Shown: piece after piece, positions 62,151 to 64,000 of the stretch | Layout: each line of letters begins with the position of its first letter | Numbering within the stretch: the stretch's first letter is position 1 | Source of the DNA: Euglena gracilis | Taxonomy: Eukaryota | DNA length: 64,000 nucleotides | Direction: 5' to 3' | NCBI GenBank assembly: GCA_039621445.1 | Contig: CP154954.1 | Location: 33,643,455 to 33,707,454 of the forward strand | Notes under the pieces: generated by a model | What the model saw: only the letters and a program-made list of their open reading frames with translations | Told to the model about the DNA's origin: nothing | Database searches by the model: none | Made by a program: the position numbers and the translations under genes

Positions 62151-63544
62151 GGTGCACTCCTCTTCAGACTCCCAGCCCAATGCAACATTGCGCATGCGCG
62201 CATTCTTCTACTCACAGTGTATTGATTGCGCACATGCGCATTGTTTTCCCATGCACACCCCTCTCTTCCCCAGAGGCAATTCCCTCCCATTCTGTCAACC
62301 CCTCTCGCATGCACAGTCGACATAGCCGCCGGTGGGTACACACGGTGCACACAGCGTCCGGGCCAAAAGAATGCGCACATGCGAATTCATCCCCTCTCCT
62401 GAATCATGCATGCCTTTTGGATTTGGTTTACCGCTCAGTGCACGCACACCGGCCAGCAGCACACACCCCAAGCGTACACTTAGGCGGCCCACTGGACCAG
62501 GGTGGCACACCCGAGGCCACTCGGGGGTTCACCCCTGGGAGGTGGACCAGGTGCGGGCACACCCCTCCCTCTCCCCATGGAAGAGACACAAAGGCCAAGG
62601 GGAGTGCACCTACCAGCGCGTCCAGCGCTGCGCCGGGGCCGGCAGCGGCGGGGCGTCGGGCGGCGCAGGCGTGCGGCCAGAGGGCCGCAGTGTGTGCAGG
62701 GCACGGCGTGCCTCGGAGATCCCCTGTGGGGCCATGGGACCCTGTCACACCCCTCCGTCAACCCTATACCCCCGGCGAACCATATCCACGCCGCTCCAAC
62801 CGTGTGTCGGACCGCCCATCCCTCTCTATACCCCTGGCACTCTCCCTCTCCCTCCCCCCTATATCGGACCAAGGACCAAAGGACAGCGAGGGAAGGTGAG
62901 GGATGGGACCGGCAAGGGAGGGAAGGGCGTCTCCAGCCAAAGGCCCCTGCTTTGCCTCCAAATCAAAATAAAGGCTGGGGAGGGGGGAGGGGGGTGAATG
63001 CGCACCTGCGCAATACCGAGGCCACCGGGGAATGGGGAAAGCCGGCGGGTACCGTACCTCCACCGGACGAGGGTGCCGCCTCGAAACACAGCGTTTCGTG
63101 TCGCACCGCCTTCGCTTGACGAGGTGTTTCCCCCGGCCGGCGGAGGTCAAAAACAGGTCTCCTCAAGGTCAAAAAAGTCGGATTCCTCAAAAAAATCCTC
63201 GGACACCGGAAGTCGTGGTACACCTTTGTTCTCGATCACCTCGGCTTGTCGGGTCGGCCGCCCCGTCGGGTGGTAGTGACTCACTCGGTCAAAAAAGAAT
63301 GCGCAGGTGCGCAAACTTAGGCAAAAAGTGAAAAGTGCATTCCCGGCCGTCTAAATTCTTACGCCTGTTGGGGGAGCCACTCCCTGAAATGTTGAATTTT
63401 CACATATTTTCTTTAAATAAAAGGTTGGCCATAATTTATTTCCCGTGATTCCACCCCCGTAATTTCTGTCTCCCATACCCCCCTGGGCCGATCAATCAAA
63501 AATCCAAAAATAAGACCCCCCTTGACGGCGCGAAGCGCCGGGGA

Positions 63545-63827
63545 CAGGCTTCTTTTTAAGTCACCTGACCCCCCCCCCGGGGGGAGGGGGGGTGGGTGGG
63601 TGGGTCCGGGCCGGACCCCCCCCCCGGGGGGGGGGGTCCCGCGCCGGAGGCGCTGGGTATACCTTTTCGGTGCGAAGCGCCGAAAACTTTTGAAAATTGC
63701 CTTTAACGGGCCCGATTGTGAGGGGGGGGGCCCTGGCCCCCCCCCCCGGGGGGGGGACCCGCGTCAACCTGGCCTGGGGGGGGGGGGGAACCCCCCTCCC
63801 CCCCCGGGGGTCTTAAAAAGAAGCCTG
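63545..63827. mobile_element. hAT-like MITE
   Basis: TIR CAGGCTTCTTTTTAAG / CTTAAAAAGAAGCCTG; perfect 8-bp TSD GCCGGGGA. Confidence 0.9.
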
Positions 63828-64000
63828 GCCGGGGACAGTGAATATTTTCCCTCAAAAATTACCAAAAACCCCAATTTCATACACAAAAATGATGAAATTT
63901 CAGAAATTTTCAGATTTTTGAAGTGCAAAAAACATGATAAATATCAATTTACACCAATTTACACATGGCGCGAAGCGCCGAAGGAAAAATTGCAGTGCTC

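Larger units (their letters stand above)
53465..63315. repeat. dispersed 18-bp palindrome AWTGCGCA-NN-TGCGCAWT, ~24 copies
   Basis: Starts at ~53465, 53493, 53908, 53944, 54400, 54478, 57069, 57095, 57121, 57316, 57371, 58687, 58769, 59283, 59319, 59793, 60570, 60606, 60685, 62187, 62225, 62370, 62997, 63298. Confidence 0.92.
53406..63353 (+). mobile_element. ~9.95-kb DNA transposon, Academ-like, encoding a DDE transposase and a ParB-like protein
   Basis: Perfect 25-bp inverted repeat TTAGACGGCCGGGAATGCACTTTTC (53405-53429) / GAAAAGTGCATTCCCGGCCGTCTAA (63330-63354); two plus-strand GC-rich genes; an element-specific palindrome throughout. Confidence 0.85.

Overview
Eukaryotic, transposon-rich genomic DNA, most likely from a euglenid: a minus-strand host gene mixes GT-AG introns with stem-forming non-conventional introns (CAG at +4..+6, CTG at -8..-6). 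From left to right: (1) the 3' part of a decayed Ty3/gypsy-type LTR retrotransposon, with RT, a possible Dam-like methylase remnant, an intact 1274-aa extra ORF, PPT and a 289-bp LTR; (2) about 19 kb of nested non-autonomous DNA elements (hAT-like MITEs with 8-bp TSDs, a MULE-like foldback, Helentron/HINE-like elements); (3) RPL39 with an uninterrupted coding sequence; (4) a large multi-exon Ala/Leu-rich host gene on the minus strand (about 29.5-53.1 kb); (5) a 9.95-kb element bounded by 25-bp inverted repeats (53.4-63.35 kb). The last element encodes an Academ-like DDE transposase and a spliced ParB/Srx-like protein, and carries about 24 copies of an 18-bp palindrome (AWTGCGCA-NN-TGCGCAWT) confined to its introns and non-coding parts. 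It is the best candidate for an undescribed system. A second notable result is that the geometry of the host non-conventional introns (3 nt + 5 nt = 8 nt) is exactly what would splice out the CAG...CTG, 8-bp-TSD MITEs found in the same window. All protein family assignments are from motif recognition by eye, not database searches.
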